Positions 1 through 12,505 of a stretch of DNA of 39,144 bases are shown one piece after another. Every line of letters starts with the position of its first letter. The stretch's first letter is position 1. This DNA is from Peribolospora baueri (Eukaryota), in contig JAMDHS010000030.1 in NCBI GenBank assembly GCA_029717555.1, positions 186,001-225,144 of the forward strand, written 5' to 3'. The position numbers were made by a program, and so were the translations under genes. The notes under the pieces are model-generated. The model saw nothing but the letters and a program-made list of their open reading frames with translations. It was not told the DNA's origin and did not search any database.

Positions 1-1
1 C

Positions 2-1875
2 TTCTCCGCTGAGACCGCTCACGAAGGCGACGCGCCTTCGCGGTTATTTTCCCACAGCAGACAATCGAGTGCCAACGAACTCCTCCTACCCCGCAGGCCC
101 CATCCCCTCTCCCGCACACCGTCCCCCCCTCGAGGACGACCGCTCCCCGCCCTGCAGGCCGAGGCCGGACCCAGCACTTCCACTGTCGCCATGGACGCCA
201 GGTCGCGAGACCCCAGTGCCGCCCCGACTGCGACTTCCTCTGATCTCACCGGCGCAACTGCCTTTTCCATGCCCTCCTTCGGCCCTCCGGCGACGGACCA
301 GTCACAAGATCCGTCCTCCTTCGCCTCCAGCATCGCCGCGCTCCGCCCCGACAAACTGCCAACCTCCTCCTTGTCCACGTTTTACCTCCCCGGCAAGTTC
401 ACCGGCCCTCACGCCGTGGGAGAGCGCCGTCATCGGGGATTGTTCGGAGATGAGTCGCTCAAGAACGCTGACGCGGCCGAGAGGTCGGCCGCGGTGCTCG
501 GTGTGGGCGCCGGGCTCACCAAGCGAGCTGCGGGACGCCGGGCGTGGATGCGAGGGGGAGAGGACGGCCGTGTGGCCGGCAACGATCCGCGACTCGGTGC
601 CGGAAACTACGAGGACGACGACGGCGTCGATCCATTCCGCGATGGCGACGGCACGTTGAAGGGCTTCGGCGACGCCGATCCTTCCGGGAAGAGCAGGCTC
701 GGCGGCGGTGGCGGCGGCGGAGCAACGTGGGGAACGACGCTGTCGCTTCTGTTCGGCAGGCGAGGAGCCAACGGGGAGCGACTACGCTGGAACAGGTTCA
801 AGTGGGCCATCGTCACCGCCAACGCTATCCTCACCGCCTACTCTGCCACGGGACTCGTGGCCTGTGCGTGCGTCTACCTGGACGTCTGGACGCACAGCGA
901 GGTCGCCCGCGCTGGAAACAGCCTGGAGCTCGCGCTGGGCACGGTGGCCATGGCGGTCGCGCTGGCGACGTCGCTCGTCGGTTGGGCCGGCGCTTTGCTC
1001 AACAACCGCGCCTTCCTCTCCGTCTTCGCCCTTGCCCTCTGGCCCTCCCTCGCCCTCCTCGTCGCGCCCGGCTACATCGCCTACAAGAAACGCACGTTCG
1101 ACCTCGAGGGAAAGACGGACCAGCAGTGGTCCAAGTCGTTCACCTCGGCCGATCGGCTCACCATTCAGAACGCCCTGTCTTGTTGCGGCTACTTCTCGCC
1201 CTTTGTCGAGGCCGTCGCCTCGAATCAGTGCGTCCACCTCGTCCTTGCGCCTTTTCTCTCGTTGATCCCCGCTGACAACCTCCTTCTCACCTCCTCTCGT
1301 CCGTCCTTTGTCTGCTCATTGCTCCTTCGGTTGCCAGATGCTACGCCCGCTCCCTCCTGCCCGGGTGCAAGGGCAAATTCTTCCGCTTCCAAAAGGCGGC
1401 CCTCAGGCGCATCTACCTCGCCTCCTTCTGTTGCGTGCCCGCCAACCTGTTCGCCATCGTCATCAGTGTGCTGTGCAGCAACCACATCACGTACCGCTTT
1501 GGCAAGGGCGTCATGCCACCCCAGTACTGGCTCGACGCGAGGACTGCGGCAACGTTGAACAGTCCGTACGCCGACCACCTGCTCTCCCACTCTCCGCTAC
1601 CGTCCTCTTCACCCTACGCGCACGCCCCTTCCTCGCCAATGACCGCCGTCGGTCTCACCCCCGTCAAAGATCACAATCGCAATCACAATCACAATCACAA
1701 TCACAATCACAATCACAATCGCAATCACATTCCAGCACCCGCCTCTGCGTCATGGCGCTGGGCGGACAGACCGAGCGCCGAGACGGTCACGGCGCTCGAC
1801 GCTCACTCCGCCGCCGCCGCCGAGGTTCGAAATAGGGCCGCGGCGGCGCCTACGGAGAGGGGTAGGGGTGTATGA
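2..1875 (+). CDS. TSP2: Fungal tetraspanin, Tsp2 family (probably 5'-partial; first in-window ATG at 191); 2 exons, intron 1228-1337
   Basis: Frame is open from position 2. A long low-complexity N-tail is followed by LRWNRFKW, three hydrophobic helices and an EC2 loop with CCGY. Removing the GTGCGT..CAG intron gives SNQCYARSLLPGCKG, then TM4 and CSNHITYRFGKG; stop TGA at 1873-1875. Confidence 0.85.
1669..1728 (+). repeat. (AATCAC)n hexanucleotide repeat encoding an Asn-His tract in the Tsp2 C-tail
   Basis: About 10 units with a few variant units; translates as DHNRNHNHNHNHNHNHNRNH. Confidence 0.95.
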
Positions 1876-2127
1876 CCGCTCCAGGTTCTCGCTCTGTCAC
1901 CCTAACCTTTTCTTGATTATGGCCGGGTGGACAGGAGGGTGGGCTGGGGCTACCCACTATGGTCATCACAACCATGTACATGTACGACACGTCCTTAATA
2001 ATCGCATGGAGGATCATAGTAGTAGATCAACCCGCATCCCCTCAGGATGGCCAACTCGGATGATTATCCACTCCAACCCTAATCCACACTCTCAGGCTTG
2101 GGCCAGCACGCGCACAATCAGATTAGA

Positions 2128-4299
2128 TCAACTATTCATGTACGCCAAAAGACCCATAAACTCCCTCTTCTCCTGCCTCATCCTCCTCTCCCTCTCCCTC
2201 CTCTTCTCTCCCATCAACCTCTCGTCCCGAACCCGCTCGCGCTCCCTTCTCCTCTCCGTTTCCGACAGCTCCAAACGCGACCGTCCCGACTCGGTCGTGC
2301 GCGCCAGGCCGCTGACCTTGCTTTTACCCTTACCCTTGCCCTTGCCCTTGCCCTCGCTGCCGCTGCCGGCTTCGGGATTGCCCTCGTTCGCTGACGAGGA
2401 TTTCGGACGCGGACGGGAATGGCCCAGGCCATATCGGTCGTTCTTGACTCGGACCGACACCGGGACGAGTCGAGGTGGGGAGCGCGAGCGAGACCGTGTT
2501 GGGGTGGGATGTCTACCTTCGTCTTCCTCCCTTCCATGGGCCGATCTGGCCCCTTCGTCTCCACAACCCGCCAGTGTAGGCGGTGTTCCTCCGCACAGCT
2601 TGTCACGACGCGGACAAGGCCCTTCTGGCTCCGGCTCTTCCTCTTCTCGTCGGCTGACGCTACTTGAAGCCAGCGTCACGTTCTTACGCCACAGCCGTCT
2701 CGCTCCTAGCCCGACGTGCCTTTGTCCACCGTTGTCGTCGTCGCCGGGCTCGGAATCAATAGTGAGATCCACCACCTCTGTGGCTTCTCCTCTAGTGGCG
2801 ACGGCGACGGCGCTGGCGTCGTCCGGACGAATGTCCGACATGTGCTGATTCTCAGAAGCCACTTCTCGTCCCCCCCCCGCTCTCCCATCTCCCCCTCCTC
2901 CGTCAACGACTTCGACCGAGTCAGAATGCGAATCGTAGCTGATCCCCTTCCACTCGTCCGCGTAGTCCACCTCCTCGTCCGAGTCCTCCACCTCCGTCTC
3001 GCCTTTCTCTCCCTCCTGTCCTTTGCCCGTCGCTGAGCTGCGTGTAGAAGGCGAGCCGACGGAACTGTGGGCAGACGTGCCGAGCCCCATCCCTTTCACC
3101 CATCCCATCCGTGCCAATAGCCCGTAGCCCCTGTTTTCCGGCCCGAGGGCGCGGAATCGCAGCTCGTCCGTCTCTCTATCTTCTGCATCCTCATCCGACT
3201 CCTTTCGTCGCTTCCGTGGTAGATGCTGCTTCTCTCGTTCTAATGGATCTTTTGCTGGAGGGGGGCTGGACGGTGCCGTCTGAGGCGGTGGCCGCGAAGT
3301 AGAAGGGGCAGCTGCGGACCTTGAAGGTCGGGGTGAGACGGGAGCAGATGCAGACATGGTTCTGTCGTCGGCGGCGAGACGGTGGACCATAGAGCGGTTG
3401 TGCTCGCGGAGGGTGACAGGCGTGACAGGGTACGGCAGGACGAGACCGCAGACTTCACAAGTGGTTCTTTCTGATGGCGCGGACGTGGACGCAGGTCGGC
3501 TTGCAGGCACCGCGGCCAGTTCGGAAGAGGAGTCGGCTGGAGAGGAAGGTTGCTTGGCTGATATGGCTCGAGAAATGAACCAGTCGTTGGCACGCTCCCT
3601 TTCCTTGCCTTTATCCTTCCTCCTGCGCTCCTCCTCCCTCAGCGTACGGGATTTGTTCGTCCTTTCGAAAGACCTTCCAACTACCTTCACCTTGGCCTGC
3701 TCCCGACCTGGCTCTTCCCCTCCTACACCGATCGAGGACTGAATGTTCTCGGTGAGATACGGCCCTGCGGGGCCGAATGGCAAATAGACAGGGAGTCTCG
3801 CCTCGGAAGCAGGCTTGACAGCGGACCGGCCTTCAGGCTTGAGTCCGAAGAGCGCGTTCACAGACGTGGATGCACTTGCACGATCGAGAGTCGACGAGGA
3901 CGCCGACGCAGAGTTGGAAGCGGAAACGTCTAGGTCTGCGTAGAGGGGGCGGAGCGAAGCTCGTGGCGGGGGTGGGTGCAATTCGGTTGTTTGCGTGGCA
4001 GCTTCCTGCGTCTGGAGCGCTGTGGTCGTCATGGACGGAGTATCATTGTCCCTGCGGGGCAGCGTCGGCGACTCTCCGTTCTCCAACATCGCCTCAGTAC
4101 CTTCCTCCTCTTCCATTCTACCCTTCTCCTTGACAAAGAGGATGCCCCACTTTCCCTTTCCACGCCTTGAGTCGGCGTGTTTCTTGCCCTCGATGTACCA
4201 CTCCCGCTCGACGTCCATCTCCTCGTCGAAGGAGAGCCGGAGCGGTGGCGGGGTGGGCGGTCGGTCGGACGCGCGTATATGAAAGGATGGAAGCTCCAT
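2128..4299 (-). CDS. G-patch domain protein with a C2H2-like zinc finger (GPANK1-like fungal family), single exon, 723 aa
   Basis: Uninterrupted ORF with CEVC..H..SMVH finger, G-patch N-half GPENRGYGLLARMGWVKGMGLG, G-patch C-half LVPVSVRVKNDRYGLG, and a charged helical C-terminus ending LLAYMNS. Confidence 0.8.
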   Translation of the reverse strand: MELPSFHIRASDRPPTPPPLRLSFDEEMDVEREWYIEGKKHADSRRGKGKWGILFVKEKGRMEEEEGTEAMLENGESPTLPRRDNDTPSMTTTALQTQEAATQTTELHPPPPRASLRPLYADLDVSASNSASASSSTLDRASASTSVNALFGLKPEGRSAVKPASEARLPVYLPFGPAGPYLTENIQSSIGVGGEEPGREQAKVKVVGRSFERTNKSRTLREEERRRKDKGKERERANDWFISRAISAKQPSSPADSSSELAAVPASRPASTSAPSERTTCEVCGLVLPYPVTPVTLREHNRSMVHRLAADDRTMSASAPVSPRPSRSAAAPSTSRPPPQTAPSSPPPAKDPLEREKQHLPRKRRKESDEDAEDRETDELRFRALGPENRGYGLLARMGWVKGMGLGTSAHSSVGSPSTRSSATGKGQEGEKGETEVEDSDEEVDYADEWKGISYDSHSDSVEVVDGGGGDGRAGGGREVASENQHMSDIRPDDASAVAVATRGEATEVVDLTIDSEPGDDDNGGQRHVGLGARRLWRKNVTLASSSVSRREEEEPEPEGPCPRRDKLCGGTPPTLAGCGDEGARSAHGREEDEGRHPTPTRSRSRSPPRLVPVSVRVKNDRYGLGHSRPRPKSSSANEGNPEAGSGSEGKGKGKGKGKSKVSGLARTTESGRSRLELSETERRRERERVRDERLMGEKRRERERRMRQEKREFMGLLAYMNS

Positions 4300-4653
4300 G
4301 ATTTACGGATTGCATGGATGGCCCCGAAGGAGAGAAAGGAAGATGGTGGCCTATGTGGGTGGCCCCGTCGCCACAGTCGAGATGTCAGGTTGATCGGTGA
4401 ATGGGTTTCCAACCCGAAGGTGATCGCCGGGCAAGTAGTTGGAGCACGTGAGGGCGTGAGAAGAGGTTGCTGCGGCGGGCTGACGCGGCGAAGTGATCGG
4501 CCGTGCGTGGCTTGCGTGAAGGTGAGCAGCAACGACGAGACTTGGATCTGGCGGTGTGCCCATCCCCTTCCTTCTTTCCTCATTGCGTGACCCGTCTTCT
4601 ACATCTCCCACTATTCTCGCTCTCTTCAATACTGGTGAAACGCATTAGACGCA
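4300..4653. promoter_or_regulatory. Short divergent intergenic region (G-patch gene / proteasome alpha5), probable bidirectional promoter
   Basis: Head-to-head ATGs at 4299 (-) and 4654 (+) with 354 bp between them; pyrimidine-rich tract upstream of 4654. Confidence 0.5.
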
Positions 4654-6152
4654 ATGTTCCTCACTCGTTCGGAGTATGGTGAGTTTGTGGGCAAGCAAGA
4701 GCCGAACGTCTAGATACCTTCGACTGGTCTCTTGAGTCCATCTGGAGAAGTTTTCTTTCTTTTAAGTGGGAAAATGATGAGATGCTCTTCCGAATCAGAT
4801 GATATTTTGGGCTTACCAGATCTGGCTTGCATTTGCAGACCGCGGTGTCAACACCTTCTCTCCTGAGGGCCGTCTCTTCCAAGGTGAGCAAAAGGGCGCG
4901 CGAGAGCACGGTCGCCTAATGCACATTTCTCACGCATACTGCCCCGTTGCCAGTCGAGTATGCCATCGAAGCCATCAAGGTGAGCATAAATGTTCCCTGT
5001 TTTCATCGAATACTTTACACTGACTAGCTAAATCCTTTTCTTTCCATTTACCTTGCTTGGACAGCTTGGCTCCACTACCATCGGTATCTGCACCTCCGAA
5101 GGCGTAGTGTTAGGAGTGGAGAAGCGCATTCAGAGCAAACTCCTAGAGGCGAGCAGCGTAGAGAAGATTATGGAGATTGATCGTCATGTCGGCTGTGCCA
5201 TGTCCGGACTGACGGCCGACGCGAGGACCATGGTCGAGCATGCTAGGGTCACTAGCCAGGTGAGAGGGTTACGCCTTTCGAGGATCACTTCGGAGCTGTC
5301 GGCAGGATGTTGCTCGCCCCACTTGTGGGGCTCTGCTGGCATGATGAAAGATGCAGGCGTGCAATTAATGTTTTCTTTGGTTCCCCCTCTAGAGCCATAA
5401 CTTTACCTATGACGAGCCGATCACGGTCGAATCGATTACGCAGGCCGTGGGGGACTTGGCTTTGCGATTCGGAGAGAGTACGGCGGACGACGAGGCCCTC
5501 ATGGTCAGTCGGCCGGTTGGATGAGGGCCGTTTCGTGAGCTTGTCAACTGTTTCGGAGCGCGCTGATGCCCTGCTTTGGTGTCCATATATCAGTCCCGAC
5601 CATTCGGCGTTGCTCTCCTGATCGCAGGTGTGGACGAAAAGGGTCCTCAACTGTGAGTCCGATCATATACACCGCGACCTTTTCGTTCGCTCGTTAGCGC
5701 CATTGGCTTGTTCTGACGGACCATGATTTCGACCGCATCTAGCTACCACGCGGACCCGTCAGGGACGTTCGTGCGATGGGACGCAAAAGCGATCGGCTCA
5801 GGAAGCGAAGGCGCGCAGAGCGAGTTGCAGGACAAATACCACAAGGTCAGCTTATATATCGGAACAATGACATTTTTTACTCTATGCCGTCAAAGCACTT
5901 TACTGATGCGGTACCTTTCCCAACGTCTTCTTGACCTCTCCCGCCTTTCAGTCGATGACTCTTGATGAAGCACAGCTGTTGTGCCTGCGGGTGCTCAAGC
6001 AAGTCATGGAGGAGAAGCTGGACGAGCACAATGTCCAACTTGCCCTTGTCACGCCAGGTCCGGGTGGGAAGATCCCCACGGGTCAGGGTTTGGACACAGG
6101 GTTCAGGATCCTCAAAGACGAGGACGTCAAGGCTCTGGTGGAGCGGATGTAG
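4654..6152 (+). CDS. PUP2: 20S proteasome subunit alpha type-5; 8 exons: 4654-4678, 4839-4883, 4954-4979, 5065-5259, 5393-5503, 5594-5652, 5743-5845, 5952-6152
   Basis: Spliced product [40 protein letters not shown]...[12 protein letters not shown]...LALRFGE...[13 protein letters not shown]...DPSGTF...[10 protein letters not shown]...LKQVMEEKL. All introns are GT-AG and phases are consistent. Confidence 0.97.
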
Positions 6153-6463
6153 ATAGGTTGGTTATCGAATGAGCGTCTCGGACGCTAGGCAGGGCAAAAC
6201 CTCGATCCTCCGGTCCCTTTAATTTCGCTCGTGAGGCGGAACGGACCGATGAGCGAATACTGTGGTTGCAAGCAGACAGGGAAAGTTGGTCGCATAAGGA
6301 AATGCGTTGCGAGATAGTACAAGATGCGGAGATCAAATTTGAGAGGGGGAAGGCGTGGGTGGCAGGGTATGGGGAAAGCGGTGGCGAGAGTGTCCTAGGA
6401 CAAAGCTTTAAAACGGGCGAGAGCAAGAACAGATCATATGCACAACGGGACTCGTCGCGAGAC

Positions 6464-9400
6464 TCATGAGGAGTGAGCGGTGCCACGTCCAGCATCACCG
6501 TCGCCACCGCTACCTCTGAGTACCTTCTTGACAAATCCTTCAGTCTCTTCCGCCTCTTCGACGGTAACCTCCAGCCCGTCGAGCCAAAGCACTGCGGGAC
6601 AGGCCATGATTAGAAGGCCGCGATGAAGGAGCCTTTTTCGGAGGAAAGAGGGAGGGAGAGTGTTGCGGAAACGCTTCTCGGCCACAAGGAAGAGCGAGGC
6701 AGCGTCGGATCCGGCAGGTGGGTCGTCCTTCCCGTATCCCTTTCGTCGGGCTTCCTCGTATTCGCGGAGAGGGTTTGTAACGTCGTCTGAAATCGGGATC
6801 GGGCCAGATGAAGGGTCGGAGCGGTGCTGAGAAGGGTTGAAAACGGCAGGGTCCGGCACAGGAACCTTGATCGCGTTGCTTTGATGAGCCGACTTGAACC
6901 GCGTGTCTGCCCCGCTCCGGGCCGCCGTCGCAGTGGAGAGCACGACAGGCGGGTAAAAGCCGAGCGTGCAAGGATTCATCCTGGCGGTCGACGGCGGGGA
7001 GGTCAGTTTGTGGTACGGCGATCGATCTTGTCAGCTTCTCTCGCATGCTCACCTGATGTCCAGCACCTCGAGCTCGCGCAAGTTCCTGAGAGCCCGCGCA
7101 ACAGTGTTGCTGCCTTTCAACCTGCACCCTACTGCACTGAACCGTCGCAACCTAGACAGCTCGGAGAGGCGCGGTAAGGTCGAGAACAAGTTGTAGTCCA
7201 AGTTGAGTGAGCGAATGTTGGGCACTACTTCGTGGAGATCGTCAGGTAGGCGCGTGAGCTGACAGGCGGCAAGTTCGAGGTAGGTGAGATTTAGCAGTCG
7301 CTCGGTCGTAAAGGGGAATCCGACGAGGAAATGATTGCCTGTCAGGTACAGCCGCTTCGTGTCGCGCAACTCGAGATCTTGCCAAGGACTGAAAAATGGT
7401 GGAATAAATTCAGAGACCACCCGAGGCGAGCATGCAGCCGGGCAGCGAAACGACTCACATTTGGCCTCCGACTTGCTCTCTGACGCTAAAGTCCTCCAAC
7501 TTCGGCAACTTGTCCAAGTTTCGAACCTCGGACAGAGAGCAGCCATCAGCGTAGAACACCCGGAGGTTCGGGAAGGGTCGGCAGTCCATTCGCTCCAGCT
7601 TTGGATTGTCGCTGATTTTAAGCACCCGTAAGCGATGCATGGTCGCCGTGACTCGCAGAGCGGTCAAGTGGTTATGATCTAGAGAAAGCGAATAATCGGC
7701 GTCAGAGTCACAGAGGGATTGCGGAGAGATAGAATCTTTGTCACTTACTCAAATTCAACCAAGCTAGGGATCGCAACTTCTCGAGCCCTTTTACGCTGTC
7801 AATCTGATTGTGACCAAGGTGCAGGGCCTCCAGCCGAGGCCATTCGACGAGAGCCATGTCGATTTGTCCGATGCAGTTGCCGCGAAGGCTCAGCTTAACC
7901 AGCTCATCAAGCTTCACTATGCCGTCAATATCGGTAATTCTGTTATTGTCAGCCTTGAGGTCTCGCAGTCGACGCAGACAGGCCAGCTCTAAAATTCGAA
8001 TTGCATTGATCAGCTCATCCGTCCACGGTCAGCTGCCGACCTGACCTGCTACTCACGCTGCAAAGAATCAATGTGATTGCCGCTGATGTCCAATTCCTCG
8101 ATATTAAGCAAGTGGTGGAAAGAGGTCACACTGGTGAGCCGGTTGGAAGCGACGAATAATCTTCGCACGCCGTCCGGAACCCCTGTGACGTAGCTGATAA
8201 CGTTATCGTGTCTGTAATGGGACACAAACGGAAAGGAAAACGTAAAGACGAGCACCAGTTCACGGCTGAAGACAACGTCTCCAACTCACGCCTTCAACTC
8301 TTGCAAGCTGGGGAGGAACTCCTTCAGCTTGATCAAGCTCTCCACGCCCTTTCCGCTGAGATCGATGCTCTTCAAGCCCTCCCAATCAGGCTCCCAAGGC
8401 ACGATGTCGGTGATGATCTCGAGCAACCGATCATGACTGACGCCAAAGCTGCAATCCGTCAGGAAGGTGGCGTTCGGGTCGGCCTTGCTTTGAATGGAAG
8501 CGCGGCTTTGCGACCGCGGAACGAGGACCCTTCCGCCTCCGCTGTTCAAGCTCGCATTCGCTCGGGCTTGGGAGAGAGAGAAGGGAAGCGAGCGCGACGA
8601 ACTGTTCTTTGACGGCGTCTCGTTGTCGTCCAAAGCTGCCGAGGCCAAGAAAAAAAAAACGATCAGGACTTTGCGCCCTTCTGCGCGACTGCGCGATGAG
8701 AAGATCTTCGGGTCGACTCACTAAGATCGCCCAGGGCGTCTAGAGCGTTCATAATACCCTTGGTCCGAAGGCTGACCGCGCTCCCCTCAGCATGGTTCAT
8801 GAACGTCCGCTCTTCCACTTCCTCGCTCGTGTCCGCCGCCCCATCGTCTTCGACGATGTCCAAGCTGACCATCTTCCCATCAAGCCTGCCATCGCTGAAG
8901 CTGACGCTCCGAGGCTCTCTCAAATTGGGTCCCTTCAGCGGCGTACGAAACGAGCTCGAGCCAACGTTGCTTTCCTCGGATCGTGCGAAAAGTTTGCCGT
9001 TCGTTTTGGTTATCGAAGGAGAGGCCTTGAGTGCGGATACAGGGGTAACCTTAGGACGCTGCAAAGGCAGGGGGCCTTTTCCGAGCGCGGCTGGACTAAC
9101 CGCGGCGCCGTCACCGTCACGCATCGACGGACTTTTGGATGACTCGCGTTGGGCGACAACGGCCGAAGTCAGCTTAGTGCTCGCCAAACGCCGGGTGCCG
9201 TCATTCGGCCGTTCCATTTTTTCGACCAAGATCTGCTGAGCCTTGTCGGAAGAGACTTTGTCCACAGAGAGCAGGGCGGCCTTCACGCCAGTTTCGGTGA
9301 GCGGCTGAACCTTGCTTTGTCGATGTCTCGACGCTGCAGGCCGGTCGCGTCCGTATCTCTCCGCGTCGACGTCGCCGTCGCTGTGGTCAGCGCCTTTACC

Positions 9401-12400
9401 GCGGTTGGAGATATAGTCTGCGTCGCCCACGGCGCCATCCTCCTCGCCCTGCACGGAAAAGAGACGTTCCCGCCCGTGCATTTTGACTGGCTCCATCCGC
9501 ACTTCCGGGCGTGAGCCTTGCGAGGCGGCCCGACCGCTGTGCTGAAGGCTCGGTATATCCCTGAACGGATCCTCGCTGTCATCTTCGGTGGCGTTGTCAG
9601 ATCCCTGCCCGGACTCTCCGACGCCGGCCCGCTTTCCGTCTGTCGCACCACCCCTCCGTCTCACCCACCGCTGCTTTGCCGGATCGAAATAGTGGTTTTC
9701 CCCGACGAGCGCCGCGATCTCGTTCTGCACGTCGTTCGGGGTCAGAGTGGTCATGCGGAACCTCGGAGAGAGCGTGTCCGGACGAGCAGGTTGGGGAGCG
9801 TGAGCGGCGTCGGAGAAGTAGGGAGAAATAGACGAGCCAGTGTACTGGTGTTCCGTCGAGAACCCTGCCACGGACGTAGGCGCCGTTGAGCCGCTTGCGC
9901 CGCGCTGAGAGAAATCGGACGTGGATCCGGAGCCTGAAGGGCGGGAGCGAGAAGTCGTCGACGAGCCCGACGGCCCCAATATGTTGGGTACGGTGAGGCG
10001 CGATTGCCCGGGTCGTCCCAAGCCCATCGCCGCTACTCGCTCCTCCCGCGCTTGAACTGCGCCCGTCTCTCCCGCTTGTGCCTGGTAACGAGATTCCGAC
10101 TGTTCCACCATCTGACGCACACTGACCGGCTGCCGGTGACGTTGAGCACTTCGAGCAGGCTGGGTGTGGAAGTGTCTCTTTGTAGGGCTAGACGGGGCGT
10201 GGAGGTCATGTTTGCCGTCGTCCCCGCGCGAAGCCCGTCCATTGTCGACAGCGAGGATCTTAGGTTTGGGCGACGGAGGGTGAATAGTGGCCACAGGAAG
10301 TGGAAGCGGATAGGGCCGGGAGCGAGGCGGAGGCAAGTCGCGGTATCGGTCGCTGTCGACACGGCTGCCCGTTTCGGGGGGACGCGCGCCGTCTCTTCGG
10401 ACTTGGGCCTGCAGCCGTGAGGCGCCATCCTGAGCGCCGTCGTCGACACGCGCTCCGGGTTCCAGGAGTTCGCCAGTTCGTGCTCCGTCCTCCTCCCACT
10501 CCTTCTCATATTCTTGTGCAAGCTCGAGCTCCACTTCCGAAGCGGCGCTGAGGCGTCTGAGCACCCTACGAGGGCTCTCGACGCGCTTCCGCCGTTGCTG
10601 GAATCCGGCGGCGCTGCCATCACCGTCGACGTGTGAAGTCTGGTCGAAGCCCCCGTCGGCGCCCATACGAGTGAGCCGGTCTCGTTTCGCGACGGGGGAC
10701 AACATCGGCGCCGGAAGAACGGGCCTGCGTCCGTCGTCTCCTTCCGCTCCCGTCTTGGACCGGCGGGCCTCGTGCGAGCCGTCTGCACTCGACGCCGGCA
10801 CCTTCCTTCGAGACTTGCGCATCAGATCCGTCGCCTCCTCCTCCCTCTCTCCGTCCTCCCCTTCCATGTGAACGACATTGGGACCACGGGCGGGGGCGTA
10901 ATTCTGCCTTGCCCTGCTTCCGTCCGCCGGCTGGACGGCCTTGGCACCCCTGACATCGTCCCCACCGTCCTTAGAGTCTGCGCCCCAGCTCCAGCTGGAG
11001 GTGCGACCCATACCGCGAATCTGGGCCATCACGAGCGCCGAGTCTTTGACGTAGTCGCGTCGAGGCTGCGTGGCGTCGCCGCGACGGTCTTCGTCCTCTG
11101 GCGAGAAAGGGATGGGCGTTGAGCTTGCGAGGGGGCGATGAGCGTCGTCGTCAGACGAAGGGTCATCCTCCCATCCGCTTCTGCCTTCGCTCTCTGTCTC
11201 CTCCGCAAGGCCACGAACTCGCGGCGCGCCTCCGATTTCTGCGTCCAGACAGCCGTCGTCCGTGACGTCTAAGGACATTTCTTCCTCCTCACCGTCCAAG
11301 TCGGGGGTGAGTTTGATGCGCTTTCTCTCCCTGATCCGCTCCCTGTCCTCCTCCTCGTCGTCGACCGATCCCGCGAACGCGCCCAAGCGCGCCTTTGTAC
11401 CCGTATCTGATCGTCCCCGTATCCGTCCTCCTCGTCGTCCTCGAGCCCGAGCGTTCCGAGGCGTGAGGTTCGCGACAATCTCGGACATGCGCTCGCGCGT
11501 AAAGCTGTCGTAGTCCAATTGGAACAGTTTCATCGCCCGAACCCCTTCCTCCTTCCTGTCGCCGTCGCCGTCGCCGTCACCGTCGCCGTCACCGTCGCCG
11601 TCACCGTCGCGCTTGCCCGAGCCGGATTGGCTATCTCTGCTCGCCGTCACCCCATCGATACGGAACGCCGGACTTGCCCGGTGTGCGTCCGGGGGGACTG
11701 CAAAGGTGAAAGCGCCAGAAGGGGGCGATTTGGAGAAAGACTTGCTAGGGCGATGACGAGCACGTGGCGAGGGCGTGGATGGTGGACCGTCACTCCGCTT
11801 CTTCTCGTCCCCGGCCACGTTCCTTCTATCATCAGGCGGAGTCGGGGGCTGAAAGAGTGCCTCGAGCTTGGAGGGACTGAAAAGGCCCCTAGTCATTTCC
11901 CTCTTCCCATCTTTCTTCGGCGAGCCGTCCGGTCGGAGGGGCGTCCAAGGCGCGATGGCGGGCATCGATGCGTCCGGGTTCTCGACGAACGTGCCAGCGA
12001 CGGGAGTGGAAGAGGATGAGACGGCGGATCGCGAAGAGGAGGCGTTGCCCGTGGGAGACAGGGAGGCGCGAGGGGGAATGATCTCAATGTGGGCGGTTGA
12101 GGCGGAGGCGAGGGACATGTCCATGGCTTGGGTGACCGTGGCCGTCACGGCGCCGGTGGGCTCTACACTCCTTGCCAACGTATCCGTCTCTCCATCTCCA
12201 CCGTCTCGCTTCCTCCCCTCCTCCTTCTGAATGTCTTCCGTAGAAGGCTGCTCCACCCACTCTTCTGCCAGCTCCTCGGTCTGCCATCCGGGTGTTGTCG
12301 GTATCGGTATCGTTTCCGTAAGGCCTAAGCCAGCAGTGTCCTCCGCGGCTTTGTCGTCCTGATCATAGCCGCGCCGCACAGGAAGGGGGCTGACGGTGCC

Positions 12401-12505
12401 GCGAGGGAGTGAGATGTCGGGGAGGGAAGAAGAGGTGGTGTCGCCAGGGGTGGAGGCACGAATGGGCGAGTATAGGCCTAGGGGCGAGGGCACGATGGCC
12501 GGCAT
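6464..12505 (-). CDS. NUD1: Septation/mitotic-exit network scaffold Nud1/Cdc11 (long disordered N-terminus plus C-terminal leucine-rich repeats); exons 12505-8722, 8635-8290, 8211-8057, 7988-7749, 7678-7459, 7388-7053, 6980-6464
   Basis: ~1260 aa low-complexity exon 1 with KLFQLDYDSFTR, YFDPAKQRWV and SVSFSDGR motifs, then NATFLTDCSFGVSHDRLLEIITDIVPWEPDWE, multiple LxxLxLxxNxL repeats, LDIRMNPCTLGFYPP and CPAVLWLDG LRR cap. Confidence 0.85.
11558..11610 (-). repeat. (GACGGY)n repeat encoding an Asp-Gly tract in Nud1 exon 1
   Basis: Tandem hexamers translating DGDGDGDGDGDGDGDGD. Confidence 0.95.

Noticed and set aside
1868..2848. 326-aa plus-strand ORF
   Set aside because: Mostly the antisense shadow of the G-patch gene (LPLPLP mirrors GKGKGK); non-ATG start and no domain.
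4340..4370. GGTGGC motifs upstream of the proteasome gene as Rpn4/PACE sites
   Set aside because: They do not match GGTGGCAAA, and the 6-mer core is common at this GC content.
4774..4830. ATGATGA (C-box-like) in PUP2 intron 1, and again in intron 4 at 5341
   Set aside because: No downstream CTGA D-box or terminal stem within either intron, so a C/D snoRNA is not supported.
6266..6469. 67-aa plus-strand ORF between PUP2 and NUD1
   Set aside because: Non-ATG start; lies in the convergent 3'-UTR region; no recognisable motif.
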